NCBI GenBank assembly: GCA_041694715.1
Contig: JBGFSF010000016.1
Location: forward strand, 8,097 to 72,096
Origin: Pseudomonadota bacterium
GTDB lineage: Bacteria; Pseudomonadota; Gammaproteobacteria; Burkholderiales; Thiobacillaceae
Reading direction: 5' to 3'
DNA: 64,000 bases
Shown here: positions 62,784-64,000 of the stretch, piece after piece
Numbering within the stretch: position 1 is the stretch's first letter
Layout: each line of letters opens with the position of its first letter
The notes under the pieces: generated by a model
Told to the model about the DNA's origin: nothing
The model's database searches: none
Seen by the model: only the letters and a program-made list of their open reading frames with translations
Program-made: the position numbers and the translations under genes

Positions 62784-62823
62784 GATGGAAGGAAAATCCG
62801 GAATGCGGGGATTGTAGCGGGGT

Positions 62824-63915
62824 TCAGGTGATGATGCCGCCGCCGAGGCAGACCTCGCCGTCGTACAGCACGACGGATTGGCCGGGCGTGACCGCCCATT
62901 GCGGGGCATCGAACGCGAGTTCCAGCGTGTCATCGTCGAGCCGGGTGATGTGGCAGGCGGCGTCGGTCTGGCGGTAGCGGGTCTTGGCGGTGTAGGCCCT
63001 GCCAGGATCGGGGGCGACGCCGCTGATCCAGTTGAGCTGGCCCGCTGTCAGCGTGCTGCGCTGCAGCAGTGGATGGTCGTGGCCTTGCACCACGACCAGC
63101 GTGTTCGTTTCCATGTCCTTGGCGGCGACGAACCAGGGCGCGTCGCTTGCGTCCTTCTGTCCGCCGATGCCGAGGCCCTGGCGCTGGCCGAGGGTGTAGT
63201 ACATCAGCCCCTGGTGCCGGCCGACGACGCGGCCATCGGGCGTTTGCATGTCGCCCGGTTCGCGCGGCAGGTAGCGCTCGAGAAATTCGCGGAAGTTGCG
63301 CTCGCCGATGAAGCAGATGCCGGTCGAATCCTTCTTGGCGGCGTTGGGCAGGCCAATTTTTCGAGCGATCTCGCGCACCTTGGGCTTGGGCAGGTGCGCG
63401 AGCGGGAAGAGGGCAGGGCGCAACTGCGCCTGGCTCAGCCGATAGAGGAAATAGCTCTGGTCCTTGTTCGCGTCGTGGGCGCGCAGGAGTGTCACGCGGC
63501 CGAAGGGATCGTGACCCTTGCCGACGTAGTGGCCGGTGGCGATGTATTTGGCGCCGCGCGCGAGGGCGTCGTCGAGAAAGGCCTTGAACTTGATCTCGGC
63601 GTTGCACAGCACGTCCGGGTTGGGCGTGCGCCCGGCCTGGTATTCGGCGAGGAAGTAGCTGAATACGCGTTCCTTGTACTCGGCGGCGAAGTTGACCGCC
63701 TCGACCTCGATGCCGAGCACGTCGGCGACTGCCAGCACGTCGAGAAAATCCTGCCGCGCGGTGCACTGCTCGGTGTTGTCGTCGTCGTCCCAGTTCTTCA
63801 TGAAGACGCCGAGCACGTCGTAGCCCTGCTGCTTCAGCAGATAGGCGGCGACGGCCGAATCGACCCCGCCCGACATGCCGACGACGACCTTGGTGTTGTC
63901 AAGCGCGGCGCTCAT
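62824..63915 (-). CDS. mnmA: tRNA 2-thiouridine synthase
   Basis: [51 protein letters not shown]. Confidence 0.97.
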   Translation of the reverse strand: MSAALDNTKVVVGMSGGVDSAVAAYLLKQQGYDVLGVFMKNWDDDDNTEQCTARQDFLDVLAVADVLGIEVEAVNFAAEYKERVFSYFLAEYQAGRTPNPDVLCNAEIKFKAFLDDALARGAKYIATGHYVGKGHDPFGRVTLLRAHDANKDQSYFLYRLSQAQLRPALFPLAHLPKPKVREIARKIGLPNAAKKDSTGICFIGERNFREFLERYLPREPGDMQTPDGRVVGRHQGLMYYTLGQRQGLGIGGQKDASDAPWFVAAKDMETNTLVVVQGHDHPLLQRSTLTAGQLNWISGVAPDPGRAYTAKTRYRQTDAACHITRLDDDTLELAFDAPQWAVTPGQSVVLYDGEVCLGGGIIT

Positions 63916-64000
63916 GTGTGGCTCACGAAGTCGAGCGGAAAGCGCCGCCCGGCGAGATAGTCCTGCACGCAGCGCATCACCAGCGGACTGCGGTGTGGGG
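63912..64000 (-). CDS. nudJ: NUDIX hydrolase NudJ-like (3' end only)
   Basis: [27 protein letters not shown]; ATGA overlap with mnmA. Confidence 0.75.
   Translation of the reverse strand, partial: PHRSPLVMRCVQDYLAGRRFPLDFVSHT

Overview
GC-rich betaproteobacterial chromosome segment; gene order and proteins suggest a Thiobacillus-like organism (inference). It is mostly core genes: purT, glnD-map, the rpsB-tsf-pyrH-frr-uppS-cdsA-dxr-rseP-bamA-skp-lpxD-fabZ-lpxA-lpxB-rnhB cluster, sucCD-nadE-glnB, bamD/rluD-pgeF, nadC, clpB, tamAB, surE-pcm-nlpD-rpoS, alaA-hom-thrC, msrA, glnS and mnmA. I saw no rRNA, tRNA, CRISPR-cas or transposase. Accessory pieces worth a second look: (1) a flaF-like gene behind a near-consensus sigma28 promoter, coupled to an unknown basic ORF that carries an in-frame 111-bp palindromic/direct-repeat module; (2) an OmpR/EnvZ-type two-component cassette with two divergent small secreted proteins and phased CGTGTCGGT boxes, lying between map and rpsB; (3) a 597-aa acidic PEP-CTERM protein with a TGT-N11-ACA enhancer-like box and a degenerate sigma54 promoter; (4) a guanidine-II riboswitch upstream of sugE/gdx; (5) a probably leaderless BrnT-like toxin-antitoxin pair plus an AT-richer orphan membrane gene between msrA and glnS; (6) several intergenic palindromes and heptamer repeats. 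All family assignments come from motif recognition by eye; no searches were run.
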